From the NCBI GenBank assembly GCA_047639675.1, contig JBLIOI010000007.1, positions 3,987 through 67,986 on the forward strand: DNA of 64,000 bases, read 5' to 3'. Shown piece after piece: positions 54,529 through 63,644 of the stretch. The stretch comes from Planctomycetota bacterium. GTDB taxonomy: Bacteria; Planctomycetota; UBA1135; GCA-002686595. The translations under genes were made by a program, and so were the position numbers. The notes below the pieces were generated by a model. The model saw only the letters and a list, made by a program, of their open reading frames with translations, was not told the origin of the DNA and made no database searches. Position 1 is the first letter of the stretch; the number at the start of each line of letters is the position of its first letter.

Positions 54529-55982
54529 CAAGGAGTCAGGGCGCCTAGCGCCCCTGAGCTTGGCAAGATCAATTCAACCCACAAACCACCGCGTGGTTCA
54601 TTGCGCAGGACGACCTTCCCATCGTGAGCATCGACAACATTGTGGACCAGCGCAAGGCCAAGCCCAGTCCCTCGTCCAACTTCTTTGGTGGTGTAGAAGA
54701 GGTCTGCGACGTGCTCTAGATTCTCCGCGAGAATTCCTGTGCCATTATCGATCACGGACAGGACGACTTCGCTCCCCTTCTGCTGCAAGCTGACTTCGAT
54801 CCTCGACCCCTCCTGCTTATCCTCGAGCGCATCGAGCGCATTCACCAGTAAATTGAGAACTGCCTGCCCCAGTTCCGAGGCCTGACCAAGAACGATACAG
54901 GGCTCTCTGGGTAGCTCCTCGACCAGTGTCACACCCTGTTCCCGCGCTCGATGTTGCACCAATTCTAGAGCATCGCGGACAGGCCCACCGAAATCCATAG
55001 GCACAAGTTCTGCTGTGCGCGGAGTGAAGCGCAAGAGCTTGCCAACCGTCGCTTGAATGCGTTCCAGACCACCTTGTAGAAGAGCGTGGTAGCGCCTGCG
55101 CTTTTCAGGCCCCGTCGATTCCCGGTCGAGGACCTCGACCGCGTTCAACATTCCGCCGAGCGGATTATTAATCTCGTGGGCAATTCCTGCGGCGAGCTCG
55201 CCCATCGCCGCCAATCGACGCTGACGCATGGCAGCAGCCTCCGCGTGCGTGGCCTTTTCCGTCGCAGCCTGGACCTCATTTGCCAAGTGTTCTTGAAAGC
55301 CATGCACATCCGCGGACATCTTGTTGAAGTTCAGGATTAGATCCGTCAGCTCATCCGAGTGCCGTGGAACTCGAACTTGGAACTCCGATTCTCCATCCGA
55401 AACACGCCTCGCTCCCGCGGTCAGTAAACGCACTGGCTGCAAAACGTAGAGCCGTACAACGGAGAAGGTCCCGAAGAACAAGAGTAAGGTCATAAGCGAA
55501 AACCACGGCAAGAGTCCAAGCCAAACAGACTCTGTGTTGCTGGCAATGCGAACCCAGCAACCGCCCCAGACATTTCCAGAGTCATCTATGATCGGAAGAG
55601 CCTGCCCGTCCATAGCGCTGATGACTTTCTTGGTCCTGATTGCGAGCTCAATGACCTCGCTGATCGCTTCCTTATCGAATAAGACATCTCGCTGTGACGA
55701 GCCCACCGGATTGAGTGACACGCCGTCAGGGTTGCGATCCACAATCACGGCATCAGAAACCACATCCCAAGCGGGCCACTTCAGGATATTCCCGACGCGT
55801 AGCTCGCTGCGCTCATTGATGGAGTTACTAAGAATATAGAGCAAGCGCTCACCATTCTTCTGCTCCGTAGCTGCACGCTCGCTGCCGATCGTGTCGGTCA
55901 AGTAATAGAGCCCAGCTCCGAACACCGCCAGGTTGATGGTGCCGACCAAGGTCAGCACGCGTAGTCCAAGAGATATCCTCAA
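54528..55982 (-). CDS. Sensor histidine kinase (2 TM, HAMP, HisKA, HATPase_c)
   Basis: H-box ELAAGIAHEINNPLGG, N-box LLVNALDAL, G-boxes DNGTGI and GRGTGLGLALV. HAMP-like segment LTDLILNFNKMSADV. Confidence 0.85.
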   Translation of the reverse strand: MRISLGLRVLTLVGTINLAVFGAGLYYLTDTIGSERAATEQKNGERLLYILSNSINERSELRVGNILKWPAWDVVSDAVIVDRNPDGVSLNPVGSSQRDVLFDKEAISEVIELAIRTKKVISAMDGQALPIIDDSGNVWGGCWVRIASNTESVWLGLLPWFSLMTLLLFFGTFSVVRLYVLQPVRLLTAGARRVSDGESEFQVRVPRHSDELTDLILNFNKMSADVHGFQEHLANEVQAATEKATHAEAAAMRQRRLAAMGELAAGIAHEINNPLGGMLNAVEVLDRESTGPEKRRRYHALLQGGLERIQATVGKLLRFTPRTAELVPMDFGGPVRDALELVQHRAREQGVTLVEELPREPCIVLGQASELGQAVLNLLVNALDALEDKQEGSRIEVSLQQKGSEVVLSVIDNGTGILAENLEHVADLFYTTKEVGRGTGLGLALVHNVVDAHDGKVVLRNEPRGGLWVELILPSSGALGALTP

Positions 55983-55994
55983 GAGCTTCCCACT

Positions 55995-57128
55995 CTACAT
56001 ATTGCCCAGTTCCGACATGATGCCGAGAAGCGGCATGAAGAGCGCTACAACTATGAATCCAACCATGGCCGAAATCACGATGAGAAGCAGCGGCTCAAGC
56101 AGTTTGAATAGGCCGTCAATCTTGCGGTCGACTTGCTTTTCGTAAGCATCGGCCACCTTGACAAGCATACGGTCCAATTCACCGGTTTCCTCGCCCACGT
56201 CGACCATGTTGACCACCAAGTCATCGAACAGACCAGTTGCACCCATGGGACGCGCCAAGCCCTCACCTTCGCGCACGGTACGACGCACGTGCTCGACTGC
56301 ATCACGCATCACATCATTGCCCGTGGAATCACGCACGATTTCGAGAGCGTCCAGGTGCGGCACACCCGCCTGCATCAGTGTTCCGAAGGTACGCGCAAAG
56401 GCTGCGACCAAGGTGTACGAGACCAAATTACCGGCAACCGGTAAACGCAGAGCCATTTTATGCATGAAGTAACGGTAGCCACCGGGTTTCCCCATCATCG
56501 CCACGTGTCCAAAGAATGCCAAGATCGGCACGCCAAAGACCAGGTACCAATAGTTGACCGCAACATTCGAGATGTCGAGCAGAATCTGCGTCATGCGCGG
56601 CAACTCAACATTGAACGAGGCGAAGATCTCCTCAAAGCGCGGGATGACAAAGACGATCACCGCCGACATGATGCCCACGGCAACGACGAAGATCACTGAG
56701 GGATAAATCATCGCTCCCTTGACCGTCGCACGAAACTCTGCCGCCTTTTCACGAAAGGTCGCCAAGCGGTTCAAAATCGTGTCGAGCACACCACCGGCCT
56801 CGCCAGCGCGCACCATCGAGGTGTACAGCTCGTCAAAGACTTTTTCGTGTTTGCCCATCGCCTCGGACAAGCGCGTTCCGCCGGAGACATCCTCAACCAG
56901 GTCGCCCAAGATGTATTTGAACGGTCCGGGACGCGTCTGTCCCTCCAAAATCGAAAGCGACTTGACCACAGGAATACCCGCTTCGCTCAGAGTTGCGAGC
57001 TGCACGGTAAAATCTGTGATGAGCTGCCCCGCTACGCGTCCACGGCGTTTGCCTTGCTTCGCAGTGGCACCGCCAGCCGATTTTTGAGCTTGTGCCGGTG
57101 CGGAGGTGCGTCGAATCTTCTTTGCCAT
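55995..57128 (-). CDS. pilC: Type II secretion / type IV pilus platform protein (GspF/PilC family)
   Basis: 377 aa. Two T2SSF repeats (LATLSEAGIPVVKSLSIL..., FARTFGTLMQAGVPHLDALEIV...). 3 TM segments. Confidence 0.9.
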   Translation of the reverse strand: MAKKIRRTSAPAQAQKSAGGATAKQGKRRGRVAGQLITDFTVQLATLSEAGIPVVKSLSILEGQTRPGPFKYILGDLVEDVSGGTRLSEAMGKHEKVFDELYTSMVRAGEAGGVLDTILNRLATFREKAAEFRATVKGAMIYPSVIFVVAVGIMSAVIVFVIPRFEEIFASFNVELPRMTQILLDISNVAVNYWYLVFGVPILAFFGHVAMMGKPGGYRYFMHKMALRLPVAGNLVSYTLVAAFARTFGTLMQAGVPHLDALEIVRDSTGNDVMRDAVEHVRRTVREGEGLARPMGATGLFDDLVVNMVDVGEETGELDRMLVKVADAYEKQVDRKIDGLFKLLEPLLLIVISAMVGFIVVALFMPLLGIMSELGNM

Positions 57129-57138
57129 TGGGGGTCGC

Positions 57139-58821
57139 TTATAGAGTGGTTTCGCGCAGGACTTCTTCGATTGTCGTCAGCCCGCTCAGCACCGCTTGGA
57201 TACCGCTAGACCTTAGAGTGTTCATGCCGGCGCGCAGGGCAATGTCCCGCAATTCTGTCGAAGAGTTGCCGTCGAGAATTGCCTGCCTGACTAGGTCATC
57301 GACAATCAGAATCTCAAAGATGGCCGTGCGGCCCTTATGACCTGTGTGAAAGCAGTTTTCGCAGCCCCGGCCGAAGTAGAATGTCGCGCCACGCAGCTTC
57401 TCGGCCTCGTCTCCAAATTCGTGCAGTATCTCGTCATCGGGCTCATAGGACTCGCGGCAATCCGGGCAGATGGTGCGTACCAAGCGTTGGGCGACGACAG
57501 CTTCTAGGGTCGCAGAGATGAGGAACGGCGCGATACCAATATCGACCAAGCGCGTCACCGTCGAGGGCGCGTCATTGGTGTGTACAGTCGAGAAGACTGT
57601 GTGGCCCGTCAAACTCGCCTCAACTGCGACCGATGCCGTTTCCTCGTCGCGAATCTCTCCCACCAGAATTTTGTCCGGGTCCTGTCGCAGGACGGCGCGC
57701 AGGATCGATGAGTAAGTCACTCCAATGTCAGGATTGACCGGAACCTGCACGATACCTTCAATGTCATATTCGACGGGGTCCTCGGAAGTGATGATTTTCA
57801 CATCCGGCTTATTGGCCTCTTGTAGCATCGCGTAAAGCGTTGTCGTCTTGCCCGAACCCGTTGGTCCCGTGACCAATACGATGCCGTGGGGCAACTCAGT
57901 CAACTGGCGCAAGACCGTCTCCTCTTCCGACTGCAATCCGAGAGCAGCAAGATCGAGATTGACCGAGCTTCGGTCCAGGATACGCATCACACAGCCTTCG
58001 CCAGAGATACCGGGAAGCGTAGCAACCCGCAAGTCCACCGAGCGTCCATCAATTACTAACTCGATGCGACCGTCTTGCGGCACACGAGTCTCCGTAATGT
58101 CGAGGCTGCTCATGACCTTGATGCGCGAGATCAAGGGCAAAGCCAGGTGCGGTGGCGGCGCTTCCACTTCGTAGAGCGTTCCATCCACTCGATAGCGCAC
58201 GCGAAACTCGTCAGGAAAGACCTCGAAATGAATATCACTGGCGCGATCCTTGATCGCGCGGTGCAAGAGCGAATTGAGCAATCGTGCAACCGGCTGACTG
58301 GCCGCCGCGCTGGCTGGATCAGCACCCATTGCCGCCGTAGCTGCCTCAGCCATCGCGTCAGCAACACTGGTTTCCTCGCCGTAGTTCTCAAGTACCGCAG
58401 TCTTGATTGCCTCTCCCTCTGCAATGGCTCCGCGCACCTCCATCCCGGTGCTGAAGCCCAAGTCTTGTAGCACAGCAGTGTTTTGCGGGTCGCCCAAGGC
58501 AACAACCAGCACATCACCTTCGATCCGCAGTGGTAGCACCCCGAATGCGTGGGCCAGGGACGAGTCAACAAGGTCGAGAGCCGCCGGTTCAGGCGTGACC
58601 ATCGCAAGATCCACGGTTTCCATTCCCGCTTGCTCCGCAACAGCCATGATCACATCCGACTGGGTGCAAGCGCCATTCGCCACGAGGCACTGTCCGAGCA
58701 GGCCGCCGTTAGTGCGCTGTTCACGTAAAGCCTCTTGAATCTGGCCCTCGCGGACGACGCCGCGGTCCTTCAGGACTTGGCCGAGCAATCGGCGCCCCGA
58801 ACTTGAAGCGGCTGAACTCAC
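57139..58821 (-). CDS. pilB: GspE/PilB-family secretion ATPase
   Basis: N-terminal T2SSE_N domain, Walker A GPTGSGKTTTLYAML, Asp/His boxes (GEIRDEETA, TGHTVFSTVHTNDA), tetracysteine CPDC...CENC. GTG start in a GTGA overlap with pilT. Confidence 0.9.
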   Translation of the reverse strand: MSSAASSSGRRLLGQVLKDRGVVREGQIQEALREQRTNGGLLGQCLVANGACTQSDVIMAVAEQAGMETVDLAMVTPEPAALDLVDSSLAHAFGVLPLRIEGDVLVVALGDPQNTAVLQDLGFSTGMEVRGAIAEGEAIKTAVLENYGEETSVADAMAEAATAAMGADPASAAASQPVARLLNSLLHRAIKDRASDIHFEVFPDEFRVRYRVDGTLYEVEAPPPHLALPLISRIKVMSSLDITETRVPQDGRIELVIDGRSVDLRVATLPGISGEGCVMRILDRSSVNLDLAALGLQSEEETVLRQLTELPHGIVLVTGPTGSGKTTTLYAMLQEANKPDVKIITSEDPVEYDIEGIVQVPVNPDIGVTYSSILRAVLRQDPDKILVGEIRDEETASVAVEASLTGHTVFSTVHTNDAPSTVTRLVDIGIAPFLISATLEAVVAQRLVRTICPDCRESYEPDDEILHEFGDEAEKLRGATFYFGRGCENCFHTGHKGRTAIFEILIVDDLVRQAILDGNSSTELRDIALRAGMNTLRSSGIQAVLSGLTTIEEVLRETTL

Positions 58822-59867
58822 AGGCGCGTCTCCAAGTCTCTACGGTCCTGGGCAAATTCCAGAGCGCTAGCCGGCGTGATCATCTCACGCTTGACCAGAT
58901 CCAGCAAACTGTCGTCAAGAGTGATCATGCCCATCCGTCTCGAAGTTTGAATCGTCGATTGAATCTTAGCTGTCTCGTTCTTGCGGATCAGGTTCGAGAT
59001 GGCGGGCGTCATCAACATGATCTCAAAAGCCGCCACACGCCCCCCGCCGATCTTGGGCACCAAGACCTGCGAAACCACGGCAACCAAGGAGACCGAGAGC
59101 TGGGCGCGGATCTGCTCCTGTTGAGTCGACGGGAACGCATCAATCATCCTGTTGACTGTTCGGGCGCTACCGGTCGTGTGCAAAGTTCCAAAGACCAAGT
59201 GGCCCGTCTCCGCGGCAGTGATTGCGGCAGAAATAGTGTCCAGGTCGCGCATCTCACCGAGCAGAATCACATCCGGATCTTGGCGCAAGGCACGCCGCAT
59301 AGCTTCAGGGAAGTCCGGCACGTCCTCGCCTATTTCGCGTTGACTAACGAGTCCTAACCCGTGGCTGTGGTAGTACTCGATCGGATCCTCGATCGTGATG
59401 ATGTGGCGTGAGAGGTTGTTGTTGATCCAATCTACCATGGTCGCCAGGGTGGTCGTCTTACCTGAACCCGTCGGGCCAGTGACGAGCACCAATCCCCGCG
59501 GCCGACTCAACAAGTCATGGACAGAGCCGGGCAGTCCAATCTGATCGAAGGTAAGCAGCTTTGAGGGAATCAAGCGCATCACCGCCGAAAAGCGACCTCG
59601 TTGGCGGTAAACATTGACACGGAACCGGTTGCCATCATGATGGGCTCGACCGAAGTCTGTCGAGCCGACGTCCTCGACTTCCTTCCAATGGCGCTCGTCG
59701 CAAACTTCGCGCACCAGGCGCTCGGCCCGAGCATCATCGAGTATTTCGTCCTCGAGTGAAACCAACACGCCATCGATCCGCCCCACCGCCGGTCGGCCCG
59801 GATTGAGGTGCAAGTCGGAAGCTTTGCGCTTCACAATGAGGTCCAGGAGTTCTGTGATGTTCGTCAA
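58818..59867 (-). CDS. pilT: Twitching-motility retraction ATPase PilT
   Basis: 349 aa: ASDLHL, GPTGSGKTTTLATMVDWIN, ITIEDPIEY, GEMRDLDTI, TGHLVFGTLHT and a PilT-type C-terminus. Confidence 0.9.
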   Translation of the reverse strand: MTNITELLDLIVKRKASDLHLNPGRPAVGRIDGVLVSLEDEILDDARAERLVREVCDERHWKEVEDVGSTDFGRAHHDGNRFRVNVYRQRGRFSAVMRLIPSKLLTFDQIGLPGSVHDLLSRPRGLVLVTGPTGSGKTTTLATMVDWINNNLSRHIITIEDPIEYYHSHGLGLVSQREIGEDVPDFPEAMRRALRQDPDVILLGEMRDLDTISAAITAAETGHLVFGTLHTTGSARTVNRMIDAFPSTQQEQIRAQLSVSLVAVVSQVLVPKIGGGRVAAFEIMLMTPAISNLIRKNETAKIQSTIQTSRRMGMITLDDSLLDLVKREMITPASALEFAQDRRDLETRL

Positions 59868-59961
59868 CGGAAAGTCTTCTGCTTGGAGTCTATAGAGATC
59901 GACCCGCTCGGTCCCTGAGAGATCAGTTGCGGGAAAATTGAATTGAAGTGAAGCCCTGGAG

Positions 59962-61641
59962 TCATTCGAGCTCGAGGGTTGAGTGCGCGGATTTCTCTTC
60001 GCGACAAACGCGCAAGATCTCCGTCACGGTCGTTGAGCCACGGATCACCTTGCGTGCACCGTCCTCAATCAGCGGGCGCAGCTGACCAGAACTCAAGGCC
60101 GCCCGGCGGATCGCATCAAGAGGCTCCGCCCGGAAGGTCATGTCGCGCAGCGCAGGGTCCATTTCGAGCAGCTCGAACAGCGCAATTCGCCCGTGGTAAC
60201 CAACGCCTTCACAGACTCTACAACCACGGTTGCGCTTGAACATTTGCCCAGCCATGTTGCGTGGATCGAGCCCGATCGCTCTCAGTTCTTCTTCGTGGGG
60301 CTCGTAATCCTCGGCGCACTCCGAGCACAGTCGCCGAACCAATCGCTGGGCGATCACAAATTGCACGGCCGCCGACACCAAGAAGGGTTTGACCCCTAGG
60401 TCCTGCAAGCGAGTCAATGCGCTGGGCGCGTCGTTCGTGTGCACCGTCGAGAACACCAGGTGTCCAGTCAAAGCGGCTTGGATAGCGATATTTGCGGTTT
60501 CAAGGTCGCGAATCTCACCCACGAGGATGACGTTCGGTGCACAACGCAGCATGGCCTTCAATATCCGCGAGAAGGTCACGCCAATGCGCGCGTTGACTTG
60601 CACCTGATTGATCCCAGCCAAGTGGTACTCGACGGGATCCTCGGCAGTGATGATCTTGACATCGGGACGATTCAACTCCGAGAGCGCTGCGTAGAGCGTC
60701 GTCGTCTTACCAGAACCCGTCGGGCCCGTAACCAAGCAGATCCCGTTGGGTCGCTTGATGACGCGACGGAACCATTTGTAGTCCTCATCATCAAAGCCCA
60801 ACTCGCGCAGTCCAATCAAACTCGCGCCGCGGTCGAGCAAACGCATGACCATCGCTTCGCCGTGATTAGACGGCAAGATCGAGGCACGCACGTCGATCTC
60901 ACGCCCTTCGATTGTGATTCCAATGCGACCGTCCTGGGGCTTGCGCTTCTCCGAGATGTCCATCTGCGCCATGATCTTCAAGCGCGAGATCAAGGGAGCG
61001 TGCAAGTGCTCGGGATGTTCGGCCACGTTACGTAGCATGCCATCCACCCGAAAACGTACGCGTACCCGGCCGTGGCCTGGTTCGATGTGAATATCACTCG
61101 CTCGTTCCTTCAGCGCATCTTGAAACATGCGCGTGACGAGCCGCACAATCGGCGCGTCGTCTTCATCGCCAGTGGAACCACCCAGGCTGCTGGCAACCGC
61201 ATCTTCAGCGCTGTCTCCGTAGAACTTTCGAATCGCCCGTCGCAGGGCGCCCGGTGCCGCCAAGGCACATGCAATCTCGGAGCCGGTTGAGAAGGACAAC
61301 TGATCTGCGATCATGCGCTTGAACGGATCATCGATCGCGATGATCAACTTACCATTGCGTTCGACCACCGGCAGCAAACCCTGGTCGGTTGCGATCTCCG
61401 CAGGCACCTTCTCCAAAATTTCGTCCGAGATACGCAGGCCAGCCTTGGCCAGGTCAACGAAGGGCATGCCCTCAACCTTGGCTTGAGCGCGAGCGACGAT
61501 CATCTCGTCCGCAAAGCCCAGCTTGACAAGCGCCGGCCCCAAGGCCAGATCGCCGTTGCGGGCTAGGGCGTGAGCCTCCTTAATCTGACCCTCTGTGATC
61601 TCGCGCGTAGCGAGCAGTTGGTCCTCCAGGGAACGTGTCAC
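59962..61641 (-). CDS. Second GspE/PilB-family secretion ATPase
   Basis: T2SSE_N-type N-terminus (LLATREITEGQIKEAHALARNG...GPALVKLGF), Walker A GPTGSGKTTTLYAAL, GEIRDLETA, TGHLVFSTVHTNDA, CSEC...CRVC. Probable GTG start at 61641; the ORF runs to 61734. Confidence 0.85.
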   Translation of the reverse strand: MTRSLEDQLLATREITEGQIKEAHALARNGDLALGPALVKLGFADEMIVARAQAKVEGMPFVDLAKAGLRISDEILEKVPAEIATDQGLLPVVERNGKLIIAIDDPFKRMIADQLSFSTGSEIACALAAPGALRRAIRKFYGDSAEDAVASSLGGSTGDEDDAPIVRLVTRMFQDALKERASDIHIEPGHGRVRVRFRVDGMLRNVAEHPEHLHAPLISRLKIMAQMDISEKRKPQDGRIGITIEGREIDVRASILPSNHGEAMVMRLLDRGASLIGLRELGFDDEDYKWFRRVIKRPNGICLVTGPTGSGKTTTLYAALSELNRPDVKIITAEDPVEYHLAGINQVQVNARIGVTFSRILKAMLRCAPNVILVGEIRDLETANIAIQAALTGHLVFSTVHTNDAPSALTRLQDLGVKPFLVSAAVQFVIAQRLVRRLCSECAEDYEPHEEELRAIGLDPRNMAGQMFKRNRGCRVCEGVGYHGRIALFELLEMDPALRDMTFRAEPLDAIRRAALSSGQLRPLIEDGARKVIRGSTTVTEILRVCREEKSAHSTLELE

Positions 61642-61805
61642 AGGCGAATCGAGGTTTGAGGCAGCATGGATTGGGAGAAGGGAGGCAGGAGGATAGCCTC
61701 TACCTGCGCAAGGTGCCACGGCTACGCATCTCACACAAAAAGAGCTGGCCGGGAAATTCCCGGCCAGCTCTCATTTCTAGTTAGAGCCCAAAGGCTCTTG
61801 ACGCC

Positions 61806-63308
61806 CTACTTCTTGGAAGGACCGCCGCGGCAGACGCCCGTGATGACCAGGCTGATCTCGGGCTTGTCCTCGTGGGCCAGCTCGATTACGAGCGTGCCTC
61901 GGAAGGAACCAGTGGCATTATCAGGCATGCCTTCGAGACGCAATTCGATCTCCACAGCATTCTTGCCCTCCACCGGACGGATCGTCGGGGTAAAACGGTC
62001 GGCGTATTCCCACTCGCGGTAGGTCGTCTCTCCGCCGGGGTTGGCAGCCGGATCCTGCAGACCGACGATTTTCACCACCGGTACGCTGTCGGCGAATGAG
62101 AAGTCAGGGTCATGGCTTTCGATGGTCACCGTACGCGTAGCCACTTGGCCGGGACGCACGAGGCCCATTGAAAGGTAAGGCGGGTTGAAGGAGAAAGGAC
62201 CAACGACTTGAGCGCTCAAGGTGATCGTCGCCTGGTACTTCGATGCGGCGCCGTCGACGGTCACATCAGAGCCGGGAATCTCTTCATCACCCGTCAGGCT
62301 GATAGCACGGGCCAAGTTACCTTCGATCAGGTCCGGGCCGAGGGAAACGGAAAGTTCCCAGCGCGCAGCGCGGCCTTCGCTATCGGGATTGATCGGAACC
62401 AGGTCAGCGACCGTTCCTTGGGGAAGACTCTGCTCGACCATACTCAGGCCAACCGGAGTTCCTTTGGAAGTCGAGATGACTGCCTTCTTCTCAACGACGT
62501 CGCCAACCGAAATCTGACCGAAGTTCAGGAAGCGCGGTGCGATGTTGAAGAAGGGGTCGATGTCAGCTTCAAGACCGAGCTGGATGGTTCCGCGCGGGTC
62601 GTTGGAGAAGACGTTGACGCGTGTGGTCTGGTGACCGGACTTGTTCTTTGTGTGCAGCTTCGCGGGGAAGTGAACTCGGCGTCCCGGCGGAATCGGATCG
62701 CCGAAGGTGTAGTCAACCACTACGCCCGTCTCGTCTTCCCACTGAACAGCAGCGACCGTGCAACCACAAGTGGGCTTGACCTGCTTGATGATCAAGTCCT
62801 CGGTACCGTCGTTGCTCAACTCGAATGTGTGCTCGGCAACCGTGCCTTGCATAACGCGGCCGAATTTGTGGTTCTCTTCGCCAATGCGGTAGACCAGGCG
62901 CGGGCCTTGTCCATCACCAAGCGGCGGGTTATTGATCGCGCCGGTCGGGGCTTCATCGTGCTCGCCGGGGGCGTGGTCGTGACCAGCGTGGTCATCGACA
63001 GCCTTGACGACGTCAAGCTTCTCGCCAGCGGGGGCTTGCTTGATGTCATTACTGGCCTTCTCAAGCTCCTCGTTCATCTCGTGGACGTTGGTCAACGCCC
63101 CTTCATCACCGCCATGGGCGTGATCATCGCCATCAGCATGGTCGTGACCTGCGTGGTCATGAGCTGCATCATCGTCATGCCCTGCATCGGATGTGTTGGC
63201 GGACTCGGTAGAAGTCCCTGTGCCGGCTGAATCGCCAGAGCAACCTGCGGCGAAAAGCGCGATAGGCGCGGCGAGGAACAGGGTACTTAGAAGCTTGGTG
63301 TTGGACAT
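61806..63308 (-). CDS. DUF1573-domain lipoprotein with a His/Asp-rich N-terminal tract
   Basis: Lipobox LFAAGC. HDDDAAHDHAGHDHADGDDHAHGGDEG and DDHAGHDHAPGEHDE tracts. DUF1573 signature HTFELSNDGTEDLIIKQVKPTCGCTVA, followed by further Ig-like repeats. Confidence 0.7.
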   Translation of the reverse strand: MSNTKLLSTLFLAAPIALFAAGCSGDSAGTGTSTESANTSDAGHDDDAAHDHAGHDHADGDDHAHGGDEGALTNVHEMNEELEKASNDIKQAPAGEKLDVVKAVDDHAGHDHAPGEHDEAPTGAINNPPLGDGQGPRLVYRIGEENHKFGRVMQGTVAEHTFELSNDGTEDLIIKQVKPTCGCTVAAVQWEDETGVVVDYTFGDPIPPGRRVHFPAKLHTKNKSGHQTTRVNVFSNDPRGTIQLGLEADIDPFFNIAPRFLNFGQISVGDVVEKKAVISTSKGTPVGLSMVEQSLPQGTVADLVPINPDSEGRAARWELSVSLGPDLIEGNLARAISLTGDEEIPGSDVTVDGAASKYQATITLSAQVVGPFSFNPPYLSMGLVRPGQVATRTVTIESHDPDFSFADSVPVVKIVGLQDPAANPGGETTYREWEYADRFTPTIRPVEGKNAVEIELRLEGMPDNATGSFRGTLVIELAHEDKPEISLVITGVCRGGPSKK

Positions 63309-63644
63309 CGGATTCTGCTGAGCGGTCTTGAGGACTCGTAATGAGTGAAAGATGTTGATACTCCCCCTGGGAGGGACTTGGGTGCCGCGGAGGACGAGTA
63401 TCGTTCTCGTACACTGGCCTTACGTTGACGGATTTCTCTCGACTAGAAGAGATTCCATCTTTTTGTGCTCCTCACAGTAAATCCGCTATGCACGGCGCGG
63501 TCTTGTGAGAAGTGGAAGGAAGATTTTGGAGAGTGTAAGCGGAAGTTACCTGAGCCGTCGAGTCCAGGCTCCACAAGGATGTAATCCTTGCGCGTTAATT
63601 CACGTGAGGGGGGTTCCTTCGAGTCGGTTACTATCGCCTCCGAT

